Assembly: GCA_000002445.1 (NCBI GenBank)
Contig: CP000070.1
Coordinates: 32,001-96,000, forward strand
Direction of reading: 5' to 3'
DNA length: 64,000 nt
Source of the DNA: Trypanosoma brucei
Lineage: Eukaryota
Part shown: positions 53,331-64,000 of the stretch, piece after piece
Position numbering within the stretch: position 1 is the first letter of the stretch
Layout: each line of letters starts with the position of its first letter
Position numbers and translations under genes: made by a program
Notes under the pieces: generated by a model
What the model saw: only the letters and a program-made list of their open reading frames with translations
Told to the model about the DNA's origin: nothing
The model's database searches: none

Positions 53331-54224
53331 TCATAGTTGCGTTGGTTTTTGCATTCCGCCATCCCTCCCGTCATTACAAGCCACTTCTCCACTTGCCATT
53401 CCTTCCCGAGACATTACATTTACTCTATTATGCGGATCCATGTCTTCCAACTCCACATTATAGGCATCAGATCCACACTTTTGTACGGTTTGACCGCTAG
53501 ACGCATACATCTCCGCACATTTCATATGCTGCCTGTACGCCAGTTCAGAGTTAATGGAATTGCGTAGGAATTCCACGCACTGTTTGTCGCGAATACGTTC
53601 CCTCGTGCACGAGGTTAATAGGTAATAAAAAAGCAAAATGGGATATAAGAAAAGGACTACAACCGCCACCACATCGAAGGTATTGTCGCTGTTCATCATC
53701 CTTTCAACGAAATGCTGCCTTTTGTCTGGAGGGAAAAGTGCAGGATCTTCCCCCTGAATGAAAGGAGGCAAAATAGCTGAGAGTGAGGAAAAGGAAAGCC
53801 TCTTTAGAGATTCTCCATCAACACCCGCCACACCAAAACGCACAAGAGTTTGAGCCGCATATGTGGGCCCCTCATCTTCTGCACCACAGAAAGATTTCTC
53901 ATCCGCAACCCTAGTATCCCAACTGCAGTATTCTAGTAGTTCAAATTGCGATGTTCGATTGAATTCCCCCTTGGGGAGTTGTGTGAGAATACCAAGTGCT
54001 TTCTCAATGAATTCGTCTGCATCGAATTGAGTAAATGGAGTGTCCACGATGCAAGCAAATAGGATTACATTTTGATTCAGCAACATGGTGTCACCGTCAA
54101 TGGGTGGTACACTTATTGTGTTTGATCCATTGCTTTCTTGAGGAGCGGCGGCAATCGGTCGTAAAAACACAACTGCAAAAACTAGAGAAAGCACCATGCA
54201 GAGGGCAAGTGAATATCGGGTCAT
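53331..54224 (-). CDS. Hypothetical secreted/membrane protein
   Basis: 297-aa ORF. N-terminal signal peptide (MTRYSLALCMVLSLVFAVVFLRPIAAAP). One hydrophobic TM-like segment near the C-terminus (VVAVVVLFLYPILLFYYLL). No recognised domain. Confidence 0.5.
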   Translation of the reverse strand: MTRYSLALCMVLSLVFAVVFLRPIAAAPQESNGSNTISVPPIDGDTMLLNQNVILFACIVDTPFTQFDADEFIEKALGILTQLPKGEFNRTSQFELLEYCSWDTRVADEKSFCGAEDEGPTYAAQTLVRFGVAGVDGESLKRLSFSSLSAILPPFIQGEDPALFPPDKRQHFVERMMNSDNTFDVVAVVVLFLYPILLFYYLLTSCTRERIRDKQCVEFLRNSINSELAYRQHMKCAEMYASSGQTVQKCGSDAYNVELEDMDPHNRVNVMSREGMASGEVACNDGRDGGMQKPTQL

Positions 54225-54775
54225 TGCTTTTTTTTTTTTGAATATTGTTTTGTTATTATTTTATTGACTCCTTCCTCTTCCCCTTCCTTGTTCGCGTTGT
54301 ACCTTTACCCTCGCTGCTCTTTGTTTGTTTTGTGCCAGTGTTGTAACACATAAGCATACGAAAGTCGTAATGCGCCGGAGAAAAGTGAGCGGAAGGGAGA
54401 AGAAAAATTATATATAGCGAAGTAAAGTGGATAAGGGGTGAAAGGAAAGAATAGAAATAGAAGATGGAAAATAATGATGAGAATAATAACAATAACAATA
54501 ATAATAATAGAAAGCGGCTGCTCGAAACGTCACGAACAGAACACACACACACAAACACACAAACATACATACATAAATACAAGTACGCCTATATATATAT
54601 ATATGCTCACACCCAAGTTGCCGTCAACGATTTTTTCTTTTTTTCGCCCTTGAACGGAACAGCGATGGTTTTCAAAGATGGGGAAGGGGAACAGCAGCAG
54701 AAAGAAAGAAAAAAAACTTTCTACCTTTTCGGTGCTGCGCGCTACGACGACCCGTTACAAGGGAATTCGCAAAAA

Positions 54776-54880
54776 ACAACAACAACAACAACAACAATAA
54801 CAAACAAACAAGCGGAAGGGCAACGTAAGTATTATTACAACAATGTAAACAAAAGACACAATCACAATCACAATCACAAT
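54776..54880. repeat. Simple-sequence cluster: (CAA)n ~8 units at 54776-54800 and (CACAAT)4 at 54857-54880
   Basis: Direct read. It lies in the intergenic region and drives several low-complexity spurious ORFs (54464..54961 etc.). Confidence 0.85.
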
Positions 54881-55349
54881 GAGAAGACGAAGGTGACGAA
54901 ACGCACGAAAATGCGAAATATGAGGAAGGAAAAGAAGGAGCTGTTCCTTTGCGACAAATAAACAAAACAAACACATGCATCTAACACTTTTGCACCCAAC
55001 GCCACTACACTCCCCTTTATGCTTTGAAAAATAAAACAAGAAAAACAACGAAAACACAAGCACTCATGCTCAAGAGGATAAAAGGGAGCAAGGAGAAGTT
55101 TTTTAAATTTTTTTTTAAAGGTTCACTAACTTTATTAACTGCCAAAACATGGAGTTACAGAATACAGGCGCGCACACGAAGAAAGAAAACAAGTAACCCC
55201 TCTCCCACCCCCCACCCCCCAAAAAATACGTAACGTAGTGGTCACATTCCAATATATCCATACATTAATCCATCCTGTCATGCACGTGAATACATAACCA
55301 ACACCAATAACAACGAAAAAAAAAAAGGAGCTTCATTTAATCAACTTCA

Positions 55350-58154
55350 TCAACTGCCAATGCGGCTCCTTTCGAAGGCGTTTAGTTGCGATGTGGCTTC
55401 CATGGTCTTTTTCAATTGCGTGCAGAATAGATTAATACCAACAAGAATAGCAATGCTCATATTCATGTCGTGATTGATTGTAAAATCTTTTGGAGCAAGC
55501 AAGAAACTTGCATTACGCGGCGCTGTTAGCTCCTCACAATCAAGTAGTTCGTCCAATCGTAGCGTATCGCCAAAAGAAAGACTCATTTCATTTGCATCAT
55601 GCGCAAAACTCGCACCATCAAAAGTGCAGCTCATGTCCAGGAAATTATGGTTTGGAAACTTTCCAAGTTTTATCTGCACCGCATTTCTCCTCAATCCCGC
55701 AATAATATCCTCGTACACACTTTTAAAAGCGGCCCTCAACAGCACAGTTAACTCGCGGAGTTTCGAGTAGTGTTCCGCAGCCAAGTCATAAGACCATTCC
55801 ATTGGTTTGTGGACCGCGTCTACGAAGTCTTGCATCACATGAACGGAGTATTTGTCAATTTCCCGCACAACAGGTTGTATTGTTGCGAACACTTGCTGGA
55901 TCTCATGATCCATTCCCCCTGGCCGCTGCCTGTGTGTGTGTAATAATCCAAGTAAAATAATATCCACAGAGGCTGCGAGGCGCCGCAAGACGGGAACAAA
56001 CTCCTCTTGACCACGCGCAGGATACGGTATACCGTGAAGAATAGGTTCTGTTGCCGCTACTCCCATGCACACGCGTACCGATTTCAACGTTTCCCACACC
56101 GCCTCCCTCCGTCCCTTAATCCTTAGCAAAAGTGACATTATTTCACTTCCCTCATCGTCTCCTTCACCAACTGGGGGATGGACGAGTCCCATAAGTTCCG
56201 AAAAGTTCTCTGACAATGCTTTCACCACACATACTTCCGTATTGTGCAACACCTTGATTGGGTCTACAGGGAATATGAACACAACTATCGCGTAATATGA
56301 CATCACTGAAAATGCATTTGATACGAGTCGACTGAGTGTGAGACGGAAGTCAGAGACCACGTGCAGAGAAGGTGGAAGTGTTATTGCGCAATGAAGAGCA
56401 CAACTAGCATAGGCTGGAGCTACACGCGCAAAAAGTGCGATGAATACCCCAAAAAGCACGCAGACGAACGATTCCCAACCATGATGATAGTTCCGGTCGA
56501 CAGCATACGCCAGGGATGTGGAAAAGAGAAGTCCCGCAACACGCTGCACTCCACTCATTATAGACTCACCAGCTGTGGGTAAGCCCACACCCATGAGAAT
56601 AGTCATGCCGAAATAGTAAACATTCTCCTTGTCGATGTAAAGTGAATACGCACACCCAACAATATACGCACAAGCAATTTTAAAAGCGTTCTTGAATACG
56701 CGTACATCATGGGGTGTGGCTAATGTGAAACGATTTTTGATCATCTTAACGAAGCCGTGGAAGACATCTAAGAAGAAAAACTCAATGAAGCGTCGCGATC
56801 CCGATTTGAATCGCGAAGGGTCAAAATTTCGGAGGTTTTCCGCATATTTGTGGATTTCCTCGCCTAACAAGATCATCATATGATGGGCAAATACCAGGTG
56901 CATATACCAAACAGTATCCTCAGGTACAAAATCGTGCGCCATGGTGTCGTAGTGTAGCTTGTCAAGTGCTGATTGAAGGTTAGATGTTGCAGTGGCGAAT
57001 TCGTCGAAAGGAACCCGCTCGATAACATCACGGGGTTCGAGCACCGTAGAGAGCTGCTCCATAGTGTTACTCAAGGCATCACAAAAACAATTCACGGAGT
57101 CGTTGAGTCGCTCAAGCGCCGTGCTCATTATCGCGTCTTCGCCCATTTTTTCAGTGCTCCTGTGCCGGTGCTTTCGATATGCCCCTTCTGCACTCATTAT
57201 ACGCGCCACTGCTGTAAGGCCGTGTAACATAGGCATAACGTCCTGCAAAACCTTTAAGCGTTCCCTCCGCAATTCTAACTGACGCGTGGAAACCCACACC
57301 TCGTAGGAGACGTAGGTTAGTTGGCCGGGAATGGTAATGAAACAGTCTTGCAAGGGATCTGAGCTTAGCTTTGGGAGTGTTAATTGAACTTCTAACGGAT
57401 CCTTCGACCAACAAACCTTCGCTGCGTCGCGTACGATGGCGGCTAAATACCCGCAAGCCTTTGCCATCTCTCTGTCCACACGACGGTTCATACTTACTGG
57501 AAGAAGAATCGCCTGTAACTGTGCGAAAAATGCACTCATAATTATGTCACGCCCAACAAGCAAAGCTGTGAGGGCGCTCCACTCTTCTTTCGATCGCTGC
57601 ACTTCCATAACGATGATCGTAAACAAAACGGCCTGTCGCCTGCACCGCAAGTTACCCGTGAGTCCAACAGCAAAACAACCGAGGAAAGCTAAGGACCACC
57701 ACAGCGCTTCGTTTTTAGGTATATCAAACAAACTTAAGAAACTGCCCCATATCGTGCTCCAAACCCCGACTTGGACTAATGTGATGGTAAAGGAAACTTG
57801 TTCCCCGACGGTATCTTGGCTATTGGCCACACCTAAAAGCCCGAGGACAGCATACATGGGAAGTTTCTCCTTGTAGAAGTGTGAAATTAGCATCAGAGGG
57901 AGCGCAGCAACCAACGTGATGCGCAACGCCAGCATTGCGGAGTATCTACAATTGGGAGATTTTATGGTTTTCCAGAAGGAAGTGATTGTTCCTGAATCGT
58001 CGCCGAGGTTTTTCCATACATGAAGAACCGGTTTTTCAGCATCCGTTCCGCTAATTGGACCCGCCGATCGCGTAGAAGTGCTCTCCGGAAGTTTTTTCCC
58101 GTACACGTCCCCTTTTATTGGTTCGGCCGCGCTGCAACGCCTGGAGGGTCGCAT
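55350..58154 (-). CDS. Large polytopic membrane protein, hypothetical (934 aa)
   Basis: Two clusters of multiple hydrophobic helices (N-terminal third and ~residues 480-640) separated by hydrophilic regions. No catalytic motif recognised. The layout is reminiscent of transporter/FUSC-like families, but this is unverified. Confidence 0.5.
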   Translation of the reverse strand: MRPSRRCSAAEPIKGDVYGKKLPESTSTRSAGPISGTDAEKPVLHVWKNLGDDSGTITSFWKTIKSPNCRYSAMLALRITLVAALPLMLISHFYKEKLPMYAVLGLLGVANSQDTVGEQVSFTITLVQVGVWSTIWGSFLSLFDIPKNEALWWSLAFLGCFAVGLTGNLRCRRQAVLFTIIVMEVQRSKEEWSALTALLVGRDIIMSAFFAQLQAILLPVSMNRRVDREMAKACGYLAAIVRDAAKVCWSKDPLEVQLTLPKLSSDPLQDCFITIPGQLTYVSYEVWVSTRQLELRRERLKVLQDVMPMLHGLTAVARIMSAEGAYRKHRHRSTEKMGEDAIMSTALERLNDSVNCFCDALSNTMEQLSTVLEPRDVIERVPFDEFATATSNLQSALDKLHYDTMAHDFVPEDTVWYMHLVFAHHMMILLGEEIHKYAENLRNFDPSRFKSGSRRFIEFFFLDVFHGFVKMIKNRFTLATPHDVRVFKNAFKIACAYIVGCAYSLYIDKENVYYFGMTILMGVGLPTAGESIMSGVQRVAGLLFSTSLAYAVDRNYHHGWESFVCVLFGVFIALFARVAPAYASCALHCAITLPPSLHVVSDFRLTLSRLVSNAFSVMSYYAIVVFIFPVDPIKVLHNTEVCVVKALSENFSELMGLVHPPVGEGDDEGSEIMSLLLRIKGRREAVWETLKSVRVCMGVAATEPILHGIPYPARGQEEFVPVLRRLAASVDIILLGLLHTHRQRPGGMDHEIQQVFATIQPVVREIDKYSVHVMQDFVDAVHKPMEWSYDLAAEHYSKLRELTVLLRAAFKSVYEDIIAGLRRNAVQIKLGKFPNHNFLDMSCTFDGASFAHDANEMSLSFGDTLRLDELLDCEELTAPRNASFLLAPKDFTINHDMNMSIAILVGINLFCTQLKKTMEATSQLNAFERSRIGS

Positions 58155-58639
58155 TACTCATGCAATGCAGGCAGCAGTCGCTTGCCCCGCGCACCAACGT
58201 TAACACGTATCACCCCAAGGGCCCTTCCAGTCCCCTCTTTTTTTTTTTTTGGTGCTTCCTTCACCTACACCAACCCTTTCATTGGGAAAGAGTTCACCTC
58301 GAAAGAAATGTGTGTGTTCATAAAGAACACAGAGAAGTATTGGAGAAAGGAAATGCTTGGGTAGTAACAAAAGTCTGAAAACAACAACAACAACATCAAC
58401 ATTATAGTATTTTCCATTCCAATAACAAATACGGCAAAGGAATAGTTATTATCACAATAGTGAGATAAACAAAAAGACGACGATGGCACATGTTTCAAAA
58501 TTACTGAGTGGGAGGGAGGACGAAGCCGGGTTGTGATATGGTGAACGAGCAAGGGACTCTTCAGTCTCCCATTCACCTACAACACAGCAACAAAACCCCA
58601 AAAACAAAAACAAAAACAAATAAACACACGTTTTGCCAG

Positions 58640-60334
58640 TTAATACGTGTGACCGTTGAGCACACTATTGTCTGCCAGCGCCGAGATTCTCATTTTCCTC
58701 GCATCGCCGCGACCGCTTTCCACGCATGAAAATAATTGCTCTCGCGCCCGTCGCTCCCTCGTAGATATTTGCTGCCGTTTCACGTGCTCCACGCGCTCGC
58801 AAATATAAACAGGAACTTCCCCGTGGTTCTGCAAGCGCAAGATATGCCTTTGTTCCGTTGTGAAACAGTGACCAGCTGTAACATGTTTAACGTTACGAGA
58901 AACAGCGAGAGTTGAAGGGTTGGAAGATAACGTACTTCCGTGGCTGGGCGTATCACCGCAGGAATGTGTGCTTTGAGTGGCGGGTGCATAAGGACTACTA
59001 CTGCAACTGCGTATGTCTCGCATGCTTGACAGTGTTCCATCACTTCGCGGTATAGGTATTTTCTGTTGTTTTGGGCACACCTTCCCTTCCACTGGTAGTT
59101 TAAAATCATTTATGTTTTCTATGAGTTCACGCATACACTCTTCTTCAGTTACCATTAGCGACTTACTCGTTATATGATGTATCATCAACTGGCGGTGAGC
59201 ATCAATAAGCTCCAACGACACGTGGGATTCCCTTTCAATTTGGGTGCGCTGTGTTGCTTCTGTTTCATACAATAATGTTTGAACGAAAGGTAACAAACGC
59301 ACGTGCTTTTTATACAAAATCGGGCTTTCCATATTTACACATACTGTCTTCACCGACCCTTTCACTACGGGAGAACACTCATCGCTGTCCGTGCTGCTAT
59401 CCTTTATGTAATTTCCGTTAACCCAAACCTTCTTCTTTTCTTCAATAAGTTTTTCTTGTGACTGCGCCACTAGAGTTTGGTTGTTGAGTTCTGATAACAC
59501 CGATGACGGTGTGTAATGTGGCGTGGCAGCGCTAATAACCGCGGTTACTTCTTCACGCGCGGCAACAACAAATGATGTAAAGTAAATTCGCTCCTCCGAA
59601 ACAATAACATACCGTTGAATTGTCTCCTCCGCGATACATCGCAGAAGCCACAAAAACTGCGTATCTTCGCGAGCTTCTATGAATATTTGTTCGGGTGTGC
59701 AACATTCACCCTTAAAATCGGAGGGCGATAGTTCATAATTGGACGGTCTCCGGGACATTCCGCTAAGAAGTGGTTTTGAGGGAACATCATTAGTTATTCC
59801 ATCATTTGTTAATAATTCTATACGTCCAGTTCCCAGGGCGTGTGGCATTAACTCCTCATGTATGGAACGTTGCTGACGGAAATGCATACCGGTATTTGAG
59901 GACGGGCATAACTGTTGTATAGCTGCTAATTTCCCTTCGCAGAATGCAATGGCGGCATCCACCTTGCCGACTAAACTCAGCGCTTCCACCAGTGGTGCTT
60001 CTTTTCCAGTGCCGCAGTTGCCTTTCCGTTGCGGTAATTTTCTTTCACGACTCGCATTCGCAGCAAATGCAACACCTGCGGAGAATTTCTTCCCACCACG
60101 TCGTTTCTTTTCCAAATCCACCAATTTCGTGTCTCCCGCAAGCAGTTGGTACGCCGTAATTATTCCTTCTCCAAATATTATCTGATCACCAGCGAGGCGA
60201 TGCACTATTGCCCTGTCGAGATTCCGTAAACGATGTGAATAAACCGCTGCATTTGCTTCTAATTTTGTCATTTCACTGCCTTTCAAAATATGCGCAAGGG
60301 GGACAAACCTCCTTTTCCTCTTCTTTTTTTCCAC
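58640..60334 (-). CDS. Hypothetical protein (564 aa) with a degenerate P-loop-like motif
   Basis: Long ORF on the transcribed strand. GNCGTGKE resembles a Walker A motif, but with Glu in place of Ser/Thr. Basic N-terminus (KKKRKRR). Ser/Thr-rich C-terminus. Confidence 0.45.
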   Translation of the reverse strand: MEKKKRKRRFVPLAHILKGSEMTKLEANAAVYSHRLRNLDRAIVHRLAGDQIIFGEGIITAYQLLAGDTKLVDLEKKRRGGKKFSAGVAFAANASRERKLPQRKGNCGTGKEAPLVEALSLVGKVDAAIAFCEGKLAAIQQLCPSSNTGMHFRQQRSIHEELMPHALGTGRIELLTNDGITNDVPSKPLLSGMSRRPSNYELSPSDFKGECCTPEQIFIEAREDTQFLWLLRCIAEETIQRYVIVSEERIYFTSFVVAAREEVTAVISAATPHYTPSSVLSELNNQTLVAQSQEKLIEEKKKVWVNGNYIKDSSTDSDECSPVVKGSVKTVCVNMESPILYKKHVRLLPFVQTLLYETEATQRTQIERESHVSLELIDAHRQLMIHHITSKSLMVTEEECMRELIENINDFKLPVEGKVCPKQQKIPIPRSDGTLSSMRDIRSCSSSPYAPATQSTHSCGDTPSHGSTLSSNPSTLAVSRNVKHVTAGHCFTTEQRHILRLQNHGEVPVYICERVEHVKRQQISTRERRAREQLFSCVESGRGDARKMRISALADNSVLNGHTY

Positions 60335-61675
60335 TCGTTCCTTCTCAATGAAACGTTAAACAGCATGAAATGGGAAAAAGAGGAGAGGGAAAAAGAAAAA
60401 ATATATATAGAAACAGAAATGAGTTTGATGTAGAATTTCAAAATATTTCCCCCCCTTACACATTGCTAGAGGTTCTTAAAGAATAAATAATAGCAATAAT
60501 AGAAGACTATTGTGATACCATGAAAACATGCCGGCACGTGAACATACAAACACCGTCATCAAAACCCATACACACATACACATACACGCACATATAAATT
60601 TATAAATTTATTTATTTATTCAATACCGTACAAAATGAGCACACAAATACAGATCTCTTAAAGGTAATTTTATCTCTTTGGGTAAATGTGGCACGGGATA
60701 TGGCCTATGAAGACACAAGAAAAGAAGTGCTAGGTATGAAAAAAAAAATAGGCGAACGAAGTACCGCATAAGCAACTGAAAAAGTCAAAAAAAAAGAATA
60801 GGTGAAAGAAGAAGAAATAAGAAAACAAAATAAAGAAAGGTCCCTCACATATAAGAGGAACTGGAGGTGTTAAGTGTTACTTTCATCCCGAAACGGATAT
60901 GAGGTAAATGTAACACGAAAAGAAATAACCGTAAGAAAAGAGTGTTGGAACTATTGCCAACATCCCGTTGGGACTCATACAAATAATAAATAGCAACAAA
61001 GAAAAAGACGATAAGACAGAAATTGAAAGGAAAAGAGAGAGTAACAGATAAACTGCACCATCCCGTTAGATGGCGCCAGCAATCATGCCATAAACAAATC
61101 AAAATACAAAATGGAGAAGGAACGCGGGTGTCAAAAATATGAATTGGGGGTAATGGGAAACGGGAAGGAAAAAAAAAAAGAACATCATTCAATAAGGGGC
61201 TTTGCTGAGAGTCTTGGTTAAAAAAAAATAAAAAAACAAAAAGGAATAGCACCGTTAAACAGAACGAATCGTCCCTAATATCCGTCTATTCTTTTTTTGT
61301 CAACCCCCCCCAAAAAAAGATATTCAGTCACTACACCTTTTCCGAGATTTTAAAAGAATAAATAATACATATGTATGTATTTATTTATTCTTTCCTCTCT
61401 TGACTCTTTGTTTTATTAATGAACACTATCAAAGGCAATTGCGACCTTTTTTTCTCTTTTATTTTTTTTGTTGCTTCGACACTCAAATGGGTCTTACCTC
61501 TCTCCCCTCTGGCGATATAAAGTGCCCGTTAAAACAAAAGAGAGGAGGAGGGGAGGGAATAAATACAAAGAGCAAAATCTACACACATTCATTAGCAATA
61601 CACGATGGAAGGAAAAAAAAAGCACGCAACTTCATCAACAAATGATAACACCAATTCAAGCAACCACTGTAGGTT

Positions 61676-64000
61676 TTACTCGCCGTCAACGAAACGGACA
61701 TCCTTCTTTCCATACTTTTCACGTCTTCTTTGAATGGTTCGATGGAGGAAACTTTTCAACGCAGTCCTTATGGCGCTCTCGGCCTTTTCCACACTTATTC
61801 CCATGTCTTTAAGCAAATCATCTTGCTTGTAACCCATAGATCCCTCATTTCCAGCACATGGAAGAGAAATCTCCTGGTGTTTAGTTGTCATGAGTTTTTG
61901 CGGTTGCGGCCGTCCCGGATGGTCAACAGAAAATTGTTCAGCAAAGCAGATATCACCAATTGATACGACAACAGAGGCAGGAGGTGTAATGTACTGCACC
62001 CGATTGCTTAGCACCCAATAACTCAGAACCTCATCCATGGGGTATGATTTCACTTCATCAAGTAATTGAGGGGGTGGTGTGCCCTCAAAGAGAGCGAGCG
62101 CATACCTGCCAGTGCGAACCGCACCATCCTCAGGAAACATCTTCAACAACGTCCAACCCACTTGCTCGACAAGAAGTTGTCTGCCTTCGTATTTTGGTAT
62201 GGTGTCCAAGTTTGTTATTCTCAATAGATACTTTTCAGCAACGGTAAAAGGGTGCGCCTTCACCATCCTTATTGCTTTGATGGGGTCATCGAAGTGTGGT
62301 GCACCAACATCCGACGACCAGCGAAATTTTTTGGTGTATGCTATGTTATTATGACCATTTATGTTGATGGATGTAACGACAACGTAAAGAGCTTCCCTTG
62401 TGCACATACCATGTACAGCCTCCGTGAGAATAAAGAAACCACGATTGGGGTCGTACGGCACAATGCTGCTGAAGTCCCGAAAGGATTGTGACCTTTGCTG
62501 GCCAAATGCCCTCATGGGTTCACCAATATCAGTATAATGAAACGACTTGCTGGTGTCAAGTGCTTCGCGTACAGAAAACAACTCCACTTCTCCATTCGAT
62601 AGCGGAGGCTCTCCGGGGTACTCAAAGGACGGTGCGTTCGGGTCAGAACCGACACACCATGAAATAAATCCACATGGATGACATTCGGCACGTGACTTCA
62701 ACGGTTGCAGAAGCTTGTCGTAAAGCGCTGCTGCATCAAACTTTCCCTCTGCGACTGCATGTTGGCGCTGTTTGGAGCTCCTGTACGATGTAAGAATGGA
62801 GGTGGGGCCTGAGAGCCTGTCAACATGCACCGACCGCGCTTCGGGTTCTCGGGGATCGCCTAATCGGATGCGTGAAAGGAAGTTTCCGACCGGTGCTAGC
62901 GTATGGATGGGAAGACTGACGTGGCCAAACGTGGTGGGGCCACATTTTGGGTTTGTAATGTATTCGATGATAACAATGGCATAAGTGTTGTTAGTAACCA
63001 TAATATCATCAAATTTGATGTCAAAGGTTGGTGATGTACCATTCCCACCACTTTTCTGATAACCAATAGCATTTGGTGGTCTCATGAACAGCTCACAATC
63101 AGAGGAGTCATTCACCAGCCCCTTTGTTTGACGGCTGATATAGTTGACAAAGTAAACCAAAACGCGAGCACACAAACAGTTCGGTGGTAGTCCAACAATT
63201 TTGTTAACACGCAAATCCACAGACGCAAAAGCCTCCCTTTCACTTCCAATTTTACGAGAGCTCGGTGCATCGCCCTCACTGCGGAGACCAAGCAAAACAC
63301 AAGCAGATAGAGGTGAGACTCTCTCCTCCACTGGAAACCTCTGCGACCCCGAGCCACCAGTAATTTTGTCCCCATTTCCATCGTTGTTGCGACCGCGGTT
63401 ACGCGTACCCGAGGCACCATTGGTTTTGGTGTCGGAACGTTCACCTTTCGAGGAAACACAACCTCCATTTGATTGACATGTCACGGCACCGGTATGATCC
63501 CTACCATCCCTTCCGTCCATACCGCCACGTCGAAACCGCCTCAATGTTGCAGTTGAGTTCTGAGGATCTGAGGGAGATGTAGTTTCCCTTTCCTCCTTGT
63601 ATTCACGTGGATACGGCCTCAATGTTGCAGTTGAGTTCTGAGGATCTGAGGGAGATGTACTTTCCCTTTCCTCTCTGTATTCACGTGGATACGGCCTCAA
63701 TGTTGCAGTTGAGTTCTGAGGATCTGAGGGAGATGTAGTTTCCCTTTCCTCCTTGTATTCACGTGGATACGGCCTCAATGTTGCAGTTGAGTTCTGAGGA
63801 CCTGAGGGAGATGTAGTTTCCCTTTCCTCCTTGTATTCACGTGGATACGGCCTCAATGTTGCAGTTGAGTTCTGAGGATCTGAGGGAGATGTAGTTTCCC
63901 TTTCCTCCTTGTATTCACGTGGATACGGCCTCAATGTTGCAGTTGAGTTCTGAGGATCTGAGGGAGATGTAGTTTCCCTTTCCTCCTTGTATTCACGTGG
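61676..64000 (-). CDS. Hypothetical protein, 5'-truncated by the window edge, with N-terminal 26-aa tandem repeats
   Basis: ORF open to the right edge. N-terminal (TLRPYPREYKEERETTSPSDPQNSTA)n repeats followed by a ~600-aa unique, globular-looking region. No domain recognised. Confidence 0.55.
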   Translation of the reverse strand, partial: PREYKEERETTSPSDPQNSTATLRPYPREYKEERETTSPSDPQNSTATLRPYPREYKEERETTSPSGPQNSTATLRPYPREYKEERETTSPSDPQNSTATLRPYPREYREERESTSPSDPQNSTATLRPYPREYKEERETTSPSDPQNSTATLRRFRRGGMDGRDGRDHTGAVTCQSNGGCVSSKGERSDTKTNGASGTRNRGRNNDGNGDKITGGSGSQRFPVEERVSPLSACVLLGLRSEGDAPSSRKIGSEREAFASVDLRVNKIVGLPPNCLCARVLVYFVNYISRQTKGLVNDSSDCELFMRPPNAIGYQKSGGNGTSPTFDIKFDDIMVTNNTYAIVIIEYITNPKCGPTTFGHVSLPIHTLAPVGNFLSRIRLGDPREPEARSVHVDRLSGPTSILTSYRSSKQRQHAVAEGKFDAAALYDKLLQPLKSRAECHPCGFISWCVGSDPNAPSFEYPGEPPLSNGEVELFSVREALDTSKSFHYTDIGEPMRAFGQQRSQSFRDFSSIVPYDPNRGFFILTEAVHGMCTREALYVVVTSININGHNNIAYTKKFRWSSDVGAPHFDDPIKAIRMVKAHPFTVAEKYLLRITNLDTIPKYEGRQLLVEQVGWTLLKMFPEDGAVRTGRYALALFEGTPPPQLLDEVKSYPMDEVLSYWVLSNRVQYITPPASVVVSIGDICFAEQFSVDHPGRPQPQKLMTTKHQEISLPCAGNEGSMGYKQDDLLKDMGISVEKAESAIRTALKSFLHRTIQRRREKYGKKDVRFVDGE
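63535..64000 (-). repeat. 78-bp tandem repeat, at least 6 units, in-frame coding, continuing beyond the window
   Basis: ctcaatgttgcagttgagttctgagga… recurs at ~63540, 63618, 63696, 63774, 63852 and 63930 with period 78 and only 1-3 substitutions per unit. Confidence 0.9.

Noticed and set aside
32826-64000. Considered whether the 78-bp-period arrays could be CRISPR-like
   Set aside because: Eukaryotic context. The repeats are contiguous with no spacers, lie in-frame inside long ORFs and encode low-complexity peptide repeats.

Overview
Eukaryotic nuclear DNA of trypanosomatid type, probably an African trypanosome. The evidence is intronless ORFs packed head-to-tail in long same-strand runs, polypyrimidine tract + AG immediately upstream of start codons (trans-splicing acceptor signature), an RPS28e with the kinetoplastid-style N-terminal extension, an ESAG8-like LRRP, and signal-peptide + GPI-signal surface genes. 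Gene order (thimet oligopeptidase, proline dehydrogenase, CDP-DAG synthase, tandem RPS28, cyclophilin, LRRP, and farnesyltransferase beta on the other side) matches what I recall of the left arm of T. brucei chromosome 7. That assignment is from memory and should be checked. Architecture: a + strand polycistronic run from ~2.2 kb to 23.6 kb, a convergent strand-switch region at 23.6-25.55 kb, then a single - strand run from the right edge (64 kb) down to 25.55 kb. The centrepiece is a ~16.4 kb tandem array (32.8-49.2 kb, - strand) of five paralogous genes. They encode Ala/Glu-rich proteins with an N-terminal signal peptide and a C-terminal GPI-type signal, and fall into two subtypes. The genes differ in copy number (3, 2, 0, 0, 1) of an in-frame 78-bp repeat. 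Every array unit also carries a truncated, internally deleted 3' fragment of the neighbouring intact 784-aa (COG7-like) gene, which reveals how the array arose. Other features: a tandem duplicated RPS28 gene pair, an LRRP with an internal near-identical duplication, several microsatellites ((TG)n, (ATT)n, (TA)n, (CAA)n), and a second, unrelated 78-bp-period coding repeat at the right window edge. No rRNA, tRNA, transposon or CRISPR was recognised.
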